Origin: Geosiphon pyriformis uo1 | Taxonomy: Eukaryota > Fungi > Glomeromycota | Direction of reading: 5' to 3' | Assembly (NCBI GenBank): GCA_016748015.1 | Contig: JAAOMT010000571.1 | Coordinates: forward strand, 561,095 to 625,094 | Length of the DNA stretch: 64,000 bases | Shown here: piece after piece, positions 1 through 13,232 of the stretch | How positions within the stretch are numbered: the first letter of the stretch is position 1 | Layout of the letters: the number at the start of each line of letters is the position of its first letter | The notes under the pieces: model-generated | The model's database searches: none | Told to the model about the DNA's origin: nothing | What the model saw: only the letters and a program-made list of their open reading frames with translations | Made by a program: the position numbers and the translations under genes

Positions 1-119
1 TTGTTGTGTAGTGGTGGGTTTTGAGCAAGTGTAAATTTCGTGATGTTTTCCAAAAGGTGAAATGGTAATTGGCTGAGGAAGTTGAAAAATCTGGTGGGAT
101 TCATTTTGTGTATTAAGAA

Positions 120-560
120 CTATGTTTACTGGAACTGTAAATCGTCCAGTTGAACCAAAACCTTGAGTTCCTCTTTCACTTTTTCCCAATTGTTCTCTGT
201 TGTTTACTGATTGTAAACCCGAAATGTTGATTAAAGGTAAGTAAATTGCTTGAGCAATTTTTTCAGCATGTTCAATTTTGAATGGTTTGTCTGTCTCATT
301 CTGTAACATGATGGTAATGTCTCCAGTGTATCCTGCATCTATAACTCCTCCTCTAATATTGATTCTTTTGCTTGCCAATAATAATCTGGAGGCAATTTGA
401 ACCATTGCTCCTGGTGGAATTTCAAGAGCAATTTTTATATTGATTTTTGTTAAAGACTTTGGTTGGAGAATCAAAGTATCTTTTCCTGGGTATCTCAAGT
501 CATATCCAGCATCAATTTCATGTGCTTTTTCTGGTCTGATTCCTTGGCCATGGTTGTCAA
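120..560 (-). pseudogene. Retrotransposon dUTPase domain (element A1)
   Basis: Manual translation gives KAHEIDAGYDLRYP...QIASR...GGVIDAGYTGDI.IMLQN...EKIAQAI...RGTQGFGSTG, matching motifs I-V of trimeric dUTPases. Confidence 0.9.
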
Positions 561-909
561 AATATTTAAATTGTAAAGGTGGTTGCTTTTCAAGAAGATA
601 GATAGGAGTGGTTGGTAGTTCTTCTACTTGTTCAGATACTCCAAATTCGATTTCATTTTCATCATTCTCATCTGGCAGAGGAATGCTAAGAGCATAACAT
701 TCTAAACCCCATTGGTCATTACAAGGCATAACACATTCTTTACACAATTGAATGTTCATTTGTTCTAATTGTTGAATTTGAGCTTTTTTGGTCAGATATG
801 TGTGGCTTGCAATTTGGTAGTAGGTTTCTACTTCATCTTCATAATCAAATCCAGCTAATTCTATGATATACTCAATATATTCAGCTTCTTTCATTTGGTG
901 GACATCTTC

Positions 910-3900
910 TTAAGTGGCTCTATTGATTAATGCCATTGCTAAGTCAAAAATCATTTTAGCATTATGAGAATAGTGGTAAAGTTTATTGAGAGCACTGTTG
1001 TATGCTGCATTAAATGGTGTCCCTTTTCTGACTTTTTCCGAAATTGATAGAGCATATTGACAGGTTTGATCACATACTCCTCCTCTCATTGCTACATCAA
1101 TCCAATTGTATTCTTCTGGTAGTATTTCTCCACATGTAAGGCAAGGTGTGTTGTCCCATTTTCCACTTCTTTTTGGAGATCCAAATCGTTTTCTATGGCA
1201 TGTTTTGCAAAAGTAACAGGTACAAGTTTCATATTCCTCTTCTGGAAAAATACATGCTCTCATTAATGAAAGTTTTTTGTTGCAATCTTTACATTTGAGT
1301 GGAATATAGGGTGGTTGTTTCCATGGTTCTGGTGTAGAATATCTAACTTTTTTCCATCCCCTTAATTCTTCAAAAATTTCTTGTTCTGTTTCTTCAGCCC
1401 AATTAGATGTTGATCCAAGAGCCATGTAGGTTTCAGTAAGTGGCATTTCTTTTTCCTCTTCAAATTCAAATACTGGAGCTTTTTCTGATCGTTTGTTAAA
1501 GGTACTACAGGTTGCAGGTACTATGGTATATTGTCCTTGGTATGAGATTTTAAGTTCTTGAGTTTCCCAGTTCAGGTTTGCATTGGCCTTGAGAAGCCAA
1601 TCATTTCCGACTAGAGCTTGGTATTGGGGTGCATCCATAACAAGAACTTTAACTGGAATGGTGATTCCATCAATTGAAAAAAAGAAATTATTAATTTCTC
1701 CTACTGAAGTCTTTTTCATATCATTAGCTGTGACAATAACTGTTTGAGCTGGTCTGTTTACGTTTCGTTTGAGTTGTTGTATCAGCTGGTAAGTGATGAT
1801 ACTTTCAGCCAATCCACTATCTAAGATTAAGTGAATGGGTTTTTTTTCCACTGTAGCTTCTGTGTACATAGCAGTAATTGCTTTTTGTTCATTAACTGCT
1901 GCATTACTAAGCAGAAATGGTGATTCATTTGCTTCACATTCAAATAGAAATATATCTGACAGGTTAGCATTTTGGGCAATTTGAGCTGGTGGAATGGTGT
2001 GGTTGAAAAGATTTGATTTTAGCACTGCAACTTCATCTTCAGAAAGTGTAGTTTGTTGAAAATCCGATTCCTCTGATATTGTAAGATAATTGGGTTGAGT
2101 GTGATAGTGATTGGGTCTTTGCTGACCTGAATTTCGAGGAACCAACTGGTTATTTGGATTGATTCTATTGTGGTTATTCTGCAATTAATTTTGGGGTGTG
2201 AATTGGTTATGTTGAACCAATCTTCTTGCTGGTGCTTGATATTGTTGAGTGGGTGGTATCTGATATGGCTGAATTGGTAAAGGTTGCTGATATTGTTGCT
2301 GCATTGATTGTGGAGCTGGTGGGTAGTAGTTTTGATTTTGTGGTCTTAGTGAATAATAGGTTGGTGGTGGAGATTGGTAATAGGATTGTTGTGGTGAAAA
2401 GTAATGTTAATTACTCCTGTTTTGTTGGTCTCTTTGTAATTTCCTACAATCTCATTTCCAGTGTCCTGGAATTCCACAATAATGACAATTTTGAGATTGG
2501 TTGTTGGATGGTAATCCAAAATTGTTTTGGTTGCATCATTGTGGTGGTTGATATCTTTGTGGTTGTTGCTGCTGTTGTTGTTGGTTTGTAAAATAGCTTT
2601 CAACTTTCTTTGTGAGTTGGTCTATCTTTTCTTCAGCTGCTGAGCTGGTTTCTCCAATTGCAAGGTTTACAAGCTTGGTGTGATTTGCTTCTTCCATTGC
2701 CATTTCATAGCTCTTTGCATGTCTAATAGCAGTTGCTAAGTCTGCTGGAGCATGTGGACAGACTTTCTTAATCAGTTTGTCTTTTAACTCTGCTATAAAC
2801 TGATCCAGAATTTGAACATCAGAATAGTAGTCATTGGTTTCCAATTGTCAGATTCGTCTGAGAAGTTTGTTAAATCTTCCAAGATAGGTCATAACAGATT
2901 CAGATGTTTCTTGTTTGATATTGTGAAAGCAGTTTTTGAGAGTAATAGAGGTATTGTTGTCGGTGAATTGTTGTAAAAAAGCATTTTTGAATGCTTGCCA
3001 GTTTTCAAATGGTTCTTCTAAATTTTCAAACCATTTTTCTGCTGTTCCTTGGAGAAAGTAGGAAATTGTTTTAAGCATTTTTGCTGCAATCCAACCATTT
3101 GCATCTCCTGCTTTTTGAATCTTGTCAAGCCATTCTTGAGAACTGGTGTTATTGTTTTCACCAGTGAATTCTGGGATTTTTGCAATGTAAGCAGTTGCCA
3201 TTTCTTCTTCATTTTCGGTAATTTTTTCTGGTTCTGATTTAGTTTCTTCACTTTTCAAGCTTTCTGAATAATTACTTTTGTTTTCCTGTAAGTAATCAAT
3301 GATATTGGCACTTGTTGATATTGGTTCTTGCTGTTGAGTAAAGTTTCTAGCTGACTGAAAATCTTCTGGTCTGGAGAAGTGGTTGAGTGATGAATTTGGT
3401 GTTTGTGGCTGAACAAGTGAAATTAGAAATTTGGTGTAATAGAAAGTGGTAATTGGACACTGGTTTTTTGTTCAGGTGTTTGCAAGTGTTTGGCAGTTGT
3501 CTTTTGTAGTGTTGGAGTGTTTGGAGTGGTTTTTGAGTATTGCTTCAATCTTTGTTTGCCTTTGTTGCTTGTTTCTGTCTCTGATTCAAAGTCAAATGAG
3601 TATTTAGACTGTACTGGGTATTTTTCTTTACAATACTCAATAATGTTAAAATTAAGTTCTTGAAAGTAGGTAGCAAGTGTTTCACTATTCAGGTCTTCTG
3701 TTTCTAATTGTGAATAATGCACTAAATTATTGTAGAGATTGCTTCTAACTTCTGAAATGTTGTAGTTTGCAAAAAGATAATTGTTGATGCAGTTTTTAAT
3801 GTATTGGTATACTGATTTCTTGACAACTTCAATTCCGTCTGAAATGTTGAATCTTTGCTTGCAGTGGGTGTAAATTGACTGGTAATACTTTAGAGTTGCT

Positions 3901-3920
3901 GTGTCTGGTGTGGTCGCCAC
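910..3920 (-). pseudogene. gag-protease-Cys-rich region of element A1, broken into ORFs 3423-3920, 2848-3258, 2536-2844 and 910-2184
   Basis: Retrotransposon gag motifs, D-S-G protease site and CxxC clusters; homologous to the same regions of elements B and C. Confidence 0.9.
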
Positions 3921-3953
3921 TTTGAATTTGTTGTTGCTGTGTTATTTTCGTAA

Positions 3954-3963
3954 GAGAGCACCA
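3954..3963 (-). promoter_or_regulatory. Primer-binding site of A1 (TGGTGCTCTC)
   Basis: Lies 2 nt inside the LTR end and starts with TGG (complement of tRNA CCA). The same sequence occurs in A2 at 8648-8657. Confidence 0.85.
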
Positions 3964-3965
3964 AA

Positions 3966-4936
3966 TGTTACTGGAGGTTTTTGGTCTCTTTTCTTAAATG
4001 TTGTTGATGCCTGTTTGTTGTGAATTCACGTTTTCTGGATGTGGTTGAACCTCCAATAACTGAATTTATCTTCAAATTATCTCCTATAATTTGAACTGTT
4101 GGGCTTATAAGTGAAATGACCAATTCCCTGCCAGTTACTTTATGTAATTACATTGTAGTAAATGTCAACTCTTTCCCAGGAATTGCTTGTCTGGAAGCTC
4201 ACTGAAAATGTGTAGTTACTTTGCTGTAAAAGTCAACTCTTCTACAGGAATCTTGTCTGTAGGCTACCCTAATAATTGTAATAAGAAAAAAAAATAAAAA
4301 TAAAAGAAATGTAAAAGAAATAGAATTTTGTTAAGGGAAACGTTTTCTATCCAGGCCTGGAGTCACTAACAGTTTACTGAAATTGGTAGCTAATCAATTT
4401 CAAAACGTTAGTTGGGTTTTGAGAATTTTCCAAGTGTAATAATTAAAGAATTTGGTTTTTCGAATTATTTGATATTTATTTCTTTTTGTGTGTGTAGGAA
4501 TGGTTCTAAGTGATAAATCTAAAGTAAGATACATTTTCCAGAAGAGAAAAGCTCTTCTTTTATACAACTTGTTGTAGTATTAGTCTATGAACTTGCATTT
4601 TTTCTCTTTGCTCAAATTTTGGCGAACTAAAGATACGTTTTGATGAACTACAAGTTATTTCACTAAACTATTGATTAATTTGGGTGAACTATTCATAATT
4701 TCGGCAAATTTCTGTAAATTTCGGCGAATTTTTGAATGTTACAAAGTTCAGAGTATTGTGTAATTTGATCATCCTACTTTCTGTTATACTAATTAGATTA
4801 TTTTAATTGAATTGTAATATGTGATAATTGATTAAATAATAAATGATAATTTGAAATGATATTAATATACTAATAAATTATAAGAATTATAAGGGTAATT
4901 TCATGCTAATTAATAGCTAAAATTCTACTGGTAACA
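3966..4936 (-). repeat. 5' LTR of A1 (971 bp)
   Basis: TG...CA inverted termini; homologous in inverted orientation to 7651-8645. Confidence 0.9.
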
Positions 4937-5171
4937 CCATACTCAAGCCGTTAATCTGGCTATCAATAGAACATCTGATATTAACACAAAAATAATGCAA
5001 TTAAGTGAGAAATTAATTCAAAAAATTGAGGAATTTTTAGCCAGTACTGTAGGACCCTACAAGCCATTACAATGAAAGAATAGTAATAACAACAGACATC
5101 AACAATAACAGAATCATCAGCAACAACAACAATCTTAGAAATTCAATCTTTGTAATTGTTACTATTGCCAG
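4937..5171 (+). pseudogene. Remnant of another Gypsy gag C-terminus, cut on both sides by later insertions
   Basis: Translates as HTQAVNLAINRTSDINTKIMQLSEKLIQKIEEFL...CNCYYCQ, matching NHTQAVNLV...CHYC in element B gag. Confidence 0.75.
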
Positions 5172-7650
5172 TATTACCGGATAAAAGCTATGGATTTGTA
5201 ACTTCTTAGCAACAACAATAACTTTCACCTGGAATACACATTATCATGATTATGCTATGGACTATAGCATATCATAGATGTATGGACTATTTCAGTAAGT
5301 GGGAGAGCAAAAAGGGGTATGTGATAATGTTATTAAAAGTGAAAGAAAGTATTGTTATTATTATTTGTTTTGGGCAAGAACCAGTCTTAGGTATTTGAAA
5401 AGGGGAAAAGAGAAGTCACATCTCTTTATATGTATCAGAAGCACAACCAGCAACAAAGAGTGAAACCAACTACTCAAAGAAATATGTAACCAGAATTTTT
5501 TCAATTAGTTGTCGAAAGGATGTGGTGTTCAAATGCCCACTTTGAAAATGAAGTTATAAGAATTATAAAAAGAATTATGAAAGTCAAACATAACTGAAAT
5601 AGATTTTGTTTAAACTTTTTATTGTTGAGACCACTCTCTAACAATGTGATACTTTATTACTTATTTTTATATTTAACAATTTGTTTAGTGAAACAAGACT
5701 TAATGTGAAATGATGATAACACATGATTTAAAAGATCAAAAATAATAGAACAACTTGAAATGGTAATAACAAATAAGTAAAAGATTATAAACAACATGAT
5801 TCCAAATAATAATAAGGAATATGAGGAGACATACTTGAGATTGTGATGACAAGTATTTAAAGCATAGAAAGGGAAAAGAGTGTGTAAAAAGTAGAGGAAA
5901 GGACTAACTGCTCACTATAAAATTATAGCAAAGAGTTGGCTTAGTATTGAACTGATACTTTTCTGAGCTGACAGAGAGGCTATATATATAGCTAAATTAC
6001 ATCCAATCTACATACTATATTATAACTATTTAAAATACATCAATTATTTATATACATTTAATTAATCAATTCATGATGAGCTTACTCAGTCTGTTATTTA
6101 TTCAAAAGCTAATAATTTAGATAATCAGATTTTAGATGGCTTGATCTAGAACATTAATTGTAAATTAATGATACCAATTGTGATTATGATCAACATAATC
6201 AGAAGTAGATCAATTGATTACATTTCTTGGTAACTACTTTTAACCATTGATTACAAATCTGGAATGTTAGATTGTTTTAATAAGGGTGTATGAGAATTTT
6301 GGAGTATAACAAAACCTGTTGTTATCTGATTACATGCATCAATCATTCATTTCCATTGGTGTTTCTTAGTTTGCCAAGATTTCTTTATATCCAACTTAGT
6401 TAAATTGTTGGATTGTGCTATATTTTTTTGTTGTAATTAGATTGATTGCTGATCATTTATTTCCAGATTGCTGGCTGATTTTGTTGATTAAGTGTGATGA
6501 TGTAGGCTTTTTTTGCATGATTTTGATGTTAATTTTCATTGTATGTGTTGTAATTTTTGCATTGAAAAATGAGAAAATCTTCCGGTAACATTTTCTCTAT
6601 CTTTGAAAAATGAGCTCCTGCAAATTGTTAAATTTTTCTTCCTCTCTAGGAAAAATCAAAGTCTTCTGAGATATCTAAAGGTTATTTAAATATTCATAGT
6701 TGTCTCCATACTGACAACAAAAAGCACCATATATTACTGGGTGAAAGCTATGAATTTGTAACTTCTTAGCAATGACAATAACTTTCACCTAGAACACACA
6801 TTATCATGATTATGCTATGGACTATAGCATATTATGGGTGTATAGACTATTTCAGTAAGTGGGAAAGCAAAAAGAAATACGTGATAATGTTATTAAAAGT
6901 GAAAAAAAGTATTGTCATTATTATTTGTTTTTGGGCAAGAACCAGTCTTAGATATTTGAAAAGAGGAAAAGAGAAGTCACATCTCTTTATATGTATCAGA
7001 AGCACAACCAGCAATAAGGAGTAAAACCAACTACTCAAAGAAATATGTAACTAGAATTCTTTCAATTAGTTGTCAAAAGGGTGTGGTGTTCAAATGCCTG
7101 CTTTGAAAATGAAGTTATAAGAATTATAAAAAGAATTATAAAAGTCAAACATAACTGAAATAGATTTTGCTTAAACTTTTTATTGTTAAGACTACTCTCT
7201 AACAATGTGATACTTTATTACTTATTTTTATATTTAACAACTTGTTTAGTAAAACAAAACTTAATGTGAAATGATGATAACACATGATTTGAAAGATCAG
7301 AAATAATAGAACAACTTGAAATGATGATAACAAATAAGTAAAAAATTATAAACAACATAATTCCAAATAGTGATAAGGAATATGGGAAGACATATTTGAG
7401 ATTGTAATGACAAGTATTTAAAGCATAGAAAGGGAAGAGAGTGTGTAAAGAGTAGAGAAAAAGACTAACTGCTCACTATAAAACTATAGCAAAGAGTTGG
7501 CTCAGTATTGAACTGATACTTTCTTGAGCTAACAGAGAGGCTATATATATAGCTAAATTACATCAGATCTACATACTATATTATAACTATTTAAAATACA
7601 TTAATTATTTATATACATTTAATTAATCAATTCATGATAAGCTTACTTGG
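5172..7650 (-). mobile_element. Non-autonomous LTR mini-element (family D): complete 3' LTR 5172-6590, 141-bp internal region, 5' LTR 6732-7650 truncated by A2
   Basis: Direct repeat 5172-~6090 vs 6732-7650. The LTR ends with CCGGTAACA at 6590. PPT at ~6591-6604 and PBS (TGGTGCTTT) at 6721-6729, both on the minus strand. Confidence 0.85.
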
Positions 7651-9085
7651 AATTATCAAATGAAATTAGAGATATTGTTTAGCATGAAATTACCCTTATA
7701 AATCTTATCATTAATTAGCATATATTATTGTTTTAAATTATCACTTATTACATTAGCAGAATATCCGAAATTATTATTTAATTAATAACCCAATTTGTAC
7801 ATAACACAAATGTAATCTAATTGTAATGATCAATTATGCAATACACCAAACTATGTAATATTCAAAAAGTTCACCAAAATTTGTAAGAAATTTGCCAAAA
7901 TAATTGATAGTTTGCCGAAATATCTAATAGTTTGCAGAAATAACTTGTAGTTTGCTGAAATGTATCTTTAGTTTAGCAAAATTATAGAAAATAGCAAAGT
8001 TCAAGTTCATAGAATAGTGTTATAACAAGTTGTATAAAAAAAGAGCTTCTCTCTTCGAGAAAATGTATCATACTTCAGATTTAATAATTAGAATTATCCT
8101 TTATATACAAAAACAAAATAAATATCAAATAATTTGAAAAACCAAATTCTTTAATTATTTGCACTTGGAAAATCCCCAAGAACCCAACTAACATTTTGAA
8201 ATTGATTAGCTATCAATTTCAGTAAACTGTTAGTGACTCCAGGCCTGGATAGAAAACGTTTTCCTTGACAGAATTCTATTTCTTTTACATTTTTTTTTAT
8301 TTTTCTTTTCTTTTCTTTTCTTTTATTAGTATAGTCATTAGAGTAGCCTATAGACGAGAATTCCTGTAGAAGAGTTGACTTTCACAGCAAAGTAACTACA
8401 CATTTTTAGTGAGCTTCCAAATGAGCAATTCCTGAGAAAGAGTGACATTTACTACAACGTAACTACATAGAAGTAACTGGCAAGAAATTGGCCATTCCAC
8501 TTATAAGCCCAGCAGTTCAAATTATAGGAGATAATTTGAAGATAAATTCAGTTACTGGAGGTTCAACCACATCCAGAAAACGTAAATTCACAGCAAACAG
8601 GCATCAACAACATTGAAGAAAAAAGACCAAAAACCTCTGGTAACATTTGGTGCTCTCCCACAGAAATAACACAGTAACAACAAATTCAAAGTGGCGACCA
8701 CATCAGACACAACAACTCTAGAATATTACCAGTCAATTTACACCCACTACAAGCAAAGATTCAACATTCCAGACGGAATTGAAGTTGTCAAGAAATCAGT
8801 ATACCAATACATTGAAAACTGCATCAACAATTATCTTTTTGGAAATTACAATATCTCAGAAGTTAGAAGCAATCTTTACAATAATTTAGCACACTCTTCA
8901 CAGTTGGGAACTGAAGACCTTAACAGTGAAACACTTGCCACTTACTTTCAAGAACTTAATTTTAACATTATCAAGTACTGTGAAGAAACATACCCAGTGC
9001 AGTCTCAATACTCCATTGATTTTGAATCAGAGACAGAAACAAGCAACAAAGGCAAACACAAATTGAAGCAATACTCAAAAACTAT
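7651..9085 (+). mobile_element. Family A copy A2: LTR 7651-8645, PBS 8648-8657, gag N-terminus 8691-9085, truncated
   Basis: ORF 8691-9098 is near-identical to A1 ORF 3423-3920 up to KQYSKT, where homology breaks at a new TGTTACA (9086). Confidence 0.9.
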
Positions 9086-9415
9086 TGTTACAAGTTAACA
9101 AATCTTAAATTAATCAAAATAACAATACTAAAAAAATTGAAAGTATTTTTAATATCATTAAATAATATGCCAAGAAAAATATTATAAAGTACAATAAAAA
9201 TAAAAAAAAAACCAGAAACTATTATAAAAATTTTGTAATCTTAAGTAAAATCAAAAAAAACTATTAATAAAAACTTTAACAACAATAATTAAACAAGTTT
9301 TAAAAGCAAGATTTATATAAAACAACTTAATATTGTCTTTTAAAATTAATTTAAGTCTAAAAAAACCAAACAACAAATAAAAAAAATAAAAATATATATA
9401 TATATATATATATAT
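9086..9415. repeat. Very AT-rich repeat relic beginning TGTTACA (possible decayed LTR), ending in a (TA)n microsatellite at 9392-9416
   Basis: TGTTACA sits exactly where A2 homology stops. Composition resembles 26419-26657 and 37492-38750. Confidence 0.4.
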
Positions 9416-9550
9416 AAAACTTTTTTCTCTCCTTCGTCCCAAATTCCTGAAAAAAAGTCAAATTTTGTAAGAAGGTTTTTCTGTTTTTGCATACTGTCTT
9501 CCACTATTTCACAAGAAACAAATCCTTTTGTTGTTAGACCAGCTGCCACT

Positions 9551-11392
9551 ATAAGTGGTCCTAGTGTTAAAAAAAGGTCAATCAGAGTCTTGATTGCTAG
9601 TTCAATTGGTGGAGGTTCAACTCAAAATGTCAAAAAGTCTCTCAGTGGTGTCAAACTCTCAAGTGCGGATAAGAATCTCAAAGATAGTGGGTCTGTTTGT
9701 ATGGATGGGCAGTTTGCTAGCATGGACATGGATGAAGAAGTCTCTGATGGTAATGGCGCGTCTAACTCCCAGATGAATACGTTCAATGCAAAGTGTTTCA
9801 ATACTGGTGCAGCTATCAGTTCCCTTATCAGCACTATTAGTTATGACATGGATGATAAGGAGGAAGTTTTTCTTCCTCTCCATTTGTCTTTCTCTTTAGA
9901 AAAAGTGTGAGTGGACCCCAAAATTGTTAAGTCTCAGGTGGAAGTCACTGTGAAAAAGTCGTTTGCTTTGGACATCAACCTATCTGTTGTGGAGGAGAAG
10001 TCAGCTATGGCCAAGACTCAGGTTATCAGAAAGTTATTTTCAACAATCAATAGTTTTGGGGGGGCCACCACTCCCTCAAAATTTGAAGGAATCATCCAAT
10101 CAACATTTACTTTATTTGAAAACATGAAAAAGGCCATGTTATTGGCCAGAGAAAACAACATCATAGTAAACAGCGATCTTAAGAGACAAGGAGTTCACTC
10201 AGATTGGACTGTAGTCATCAAGAAAATTTCCATGAATATGCCAAAAAAAATGATCATTGCCGCAGTATCCAAGTTTGGTCAAGTGGTGTCAATCCGAGTA
10301 CAACTCATTGAGCTGTGGCAGAAGACTGTGGTGGAGTTTGCTGAATCAAGTTAGGCAGATCAGTTGGCAGTTAAGTGGTCATTCTTAATCAGGAAAGATT
10401 TAATGTGTATGGCCAAAACTGTGAGAGATCATAAAACATAGGCATCTAGAGATTAGTATAGGGTGTTTTTGTTTACTTTGCCAGTGGGAACAACAGCTCA
10501 TGATCTTGGCAATCTTTTGGTAGGGGCTGGTGGGAAAACTTGTGTCATAAATCGATTCTTAGATACTGGTAATAGGGTTTGTTGTGCTGTGATTTGTTTT
10601 GAAAATGATGAGGAATTGGAGTCTGCATTTTGTATGGAGCCTATTTTTGGTGGGGTGAAACTGTTTTGGGTTAGATTGGACATGGTCTGGTGTGAACGGT
10701 GAGGGGAACTTGATCATTCTGTTCTAGAGTGTAATGCTGGGACCTCAACATCTCCTACTCTTTTTAAGTCATTTAAAAGGGTTGTCTCTGATGAGAATCA
10801 CCTCTAATTGGCCAAGCTGTATGTGAAAAAAGATGTGCCTATCTTCAGACCGGCTGTATTCAGCAGCAAATCATGGGCCCAGGTTGTCTCTCTGGTATCT
10901 TCTTCTAATGGTTCTCACTTTGGTTTTGGTCCTGGTTTTAGCTCTTTTTCTGGTGTCTCAGGTGTGGTTGGTCACTTATCTCCTGTGGGTCCTGTTAGTT
11001 CATTTTTGGAAACTCGTCTTACTTTTTTGGAGCACTCTTTGGAACTTTTCACAGATAAGGTGTCTGGTATTATTGACAAACTTGACAGTTTAAACCTGGT
11101 GCCCTTGGCTCTCGCCTCCTCCTCTCAGCCCTTGGTTGTCCCTGGTTCGGTTAATGTGGAATTTGGTTCGGATATGGTTTTGGACAAACTTAAATCTGCA
11201 GTTCCTCCTCCTTCTTTGGTTTTCTCTGGTGCCTCAAGTTTGGGTTCAAGTAGTTCTAAAATTTTGACTTCAAAGGTGGGCTGTTTGGAGTCAAAGTTAA
11301 TGGCTCTTGAAGCCTTGGTTTGTTCAGTATTGGAGAAGTTAGATCAGATGTGTGCTGACTCGGGTTCTGCAGTCTCTTCTGTACCTCAATGA
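9551..11392 (+). pseudogene. LINE ORF1 (RRM-like segments, CCHC knuckle, coiled-coil); start ATG mutated to ATA
   Basis: Copy 2 has ATG AGT GGT CCT at the same site. Knuckle CER(C/*)GELDHSVLEC. Multiple premature stops. Confidence 0.85.
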
Positions 11393-13232
11393 ATAATTTA
11401 GTATGAAAGATAGCCACATGTAATGTTAGGAGAATGAACAATTTAGCCAAGCAAGAGGACATTATATATTGGCACAGAGATATGAACAATTTGGTTTCAA
11501 TTGTTACTGAGACGAAGTTAAAAGATAAGGTTTGGCCTTGGATTGCTAATAAATTCGATGGTGTTCAGGTCTTCGTTTCTGGTTTGGATTCTGGTTACCT
11601 TGGTTCTGGTGTAGTGATCATTATGAACAACGCTCTGGCAAAACATGTATGTAAAGTTTTTGAGGTTCCTGGTTGTCTTTTGTCTGTCAAGCTGCTTTTC
11701 AAAAATAAGCTGTCAGTGTTGATTCTGGATTTGTATACTGATGCTTCAGTATCTGTGTGCTTTTCACAAGTAGACGAGATAAATTTCTTAATTGCTAAAG
11801 CTGTTAATGAGTCTTCTTTCATGATATTGGGTGGCAATTTCAATGAAGATGGCTCTCACAGATGTGCTAGTTTCAGGAAATGTTTTGATTTGGGTTTGGT
11901 TAATGCCTTGGGAGGGAGTCTGTTTGGGAAGAATGCGACTTGGACCAATTCTCGAGGGGTGACCAAGACTATTGATTATGTGTTTGTGTCATCAAGCTTG
12001 GTCAACGCAATCTTAAATCATAGTGTAACCAGAGTTGATGAATATTTTGATACTGATCATAGGGCTGTTACTGTTTCTGTGGACCTGGGTGGTCTTTTGG
12101 ATGTTAATTTAATGTCTTTTCACAAACAGACGAATAAAAATCGTTGGAAGTTCAATTTTAAGGATACTACAGCTGCCAAATGGGCTGCATTCAAGGAATC
12201 TTCTACTGCCACCATGGCAATGTTTAAGTGTGAGTTTGATGCTGCTCTATTGTTTCTGGATCTGAATACTATGTGAGACATCGTCTGCAAAATTGTGTAC
12301 TTATCAGCAAATGATGTTTTCAAAAAGAAATGGTTAAAGAGTTATGATAATGTGTTTACTAAGGAATCTTCTAAGTTTCACAAGTTAGAACTTTTGGTGT
12401 CTAAACTAGTTAAAGCATCACATTTGATTTCCTCTGAGGAATTTGTTGCATTATTGGGTATGTGGAACTCATTAGATACTACAAATGCTTCTGTAGTGGA
12501 GTCTTTTTTTCTTTCAGGGTCGCATTTTGAGGTCATAAGATCTGTCTTGTTCAGAGTCAAGAAGTTGTATCGTTCCTCTAAATTGTCCGAGTCGAAGTGT
12601 GCTAAAGAATTTCGTATTAGATCAGTGGTTAGTAGGAGAATAAAAAGTTTTGAGGTAAATAAGGGTCATACTATTAGAAGTGTGCTAGAGCACCTCTTTC
12701 ACAAGATGGTATTGGATCACTTGGTTGTTGATGATAAACTGGTTTTGGATTCTAGTTTAGTTAAATCTAAGGTGGATATTATCATGGAAGACTGGACTAG
12801 AAAATGCGAGTTGGTCACTGATATCTCTGCTGATTGGTGTCACCAGTACCAACTCTTGATGTACGTATTTGATGATGTATTTTTAAGAATAATGGACCCT
12901 ATTAGTTCTGTTGAGTTGTTTGGTATTGTTTCGGACTTGCCTAATGATAAGGCTGCTGGTTTGTCTAGTATTTCGAACGAGCTTTAGAAGCATTGTGACA
13001 AATCGGTTTTGAATATGTTGTTGGTGCTCTTGAACTTTTGTTTGCTCTGTGAGTCAGTTCCTGGTCTTTGGAAGGAAGCCTGAGTGTTTATGATCCCCAA
13101 GTCTTATGAATAGGAAGGAGTTCTTACGAACACCTGACTCATTGCTTTGATTGAAACCACTCATAAGATCCTTTCAAAGATCCTATTGAACAGGATTTCT
13201 TTAGCATGCAGTACTCACAACATTCTCCATGG
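11389..13232 (+). pseudogene. LINE ORF2, 5' part: APE endonuclease, tower/linker and start of RT
   Basis: IATCNVR, VTETKL, ILGGNFN, TIDYVFVS and DTDHRAV motifs; KAAG.S.I.NEL and PIALIET RT-proximal motifs. Confidence 0.92.

Larger units (their letters stand above)
1..4936 (-). mobile_element. Ty3/Gypsy LTR retrotransposon, family A copy A1 (5' part; continues beyond the left edge), degenerate
   Basis: LTR at 3966-4936 (TGTTAC...GTAACA) and a PBS. Minus-strand gag (IAKIPEFTGE...WL), aspartic protease (LILDSG...LVGNDWL), Cys-rich segment and dUTPase. Stops and frameshifts throughout. Confidence 0.93.

Noticed and set aside
3423-3920. Independent ORF upstream of gag
   Set aside because: A frame change near 3429 joins it to the gag frame, so it is best read as gag's N-terminal extension.
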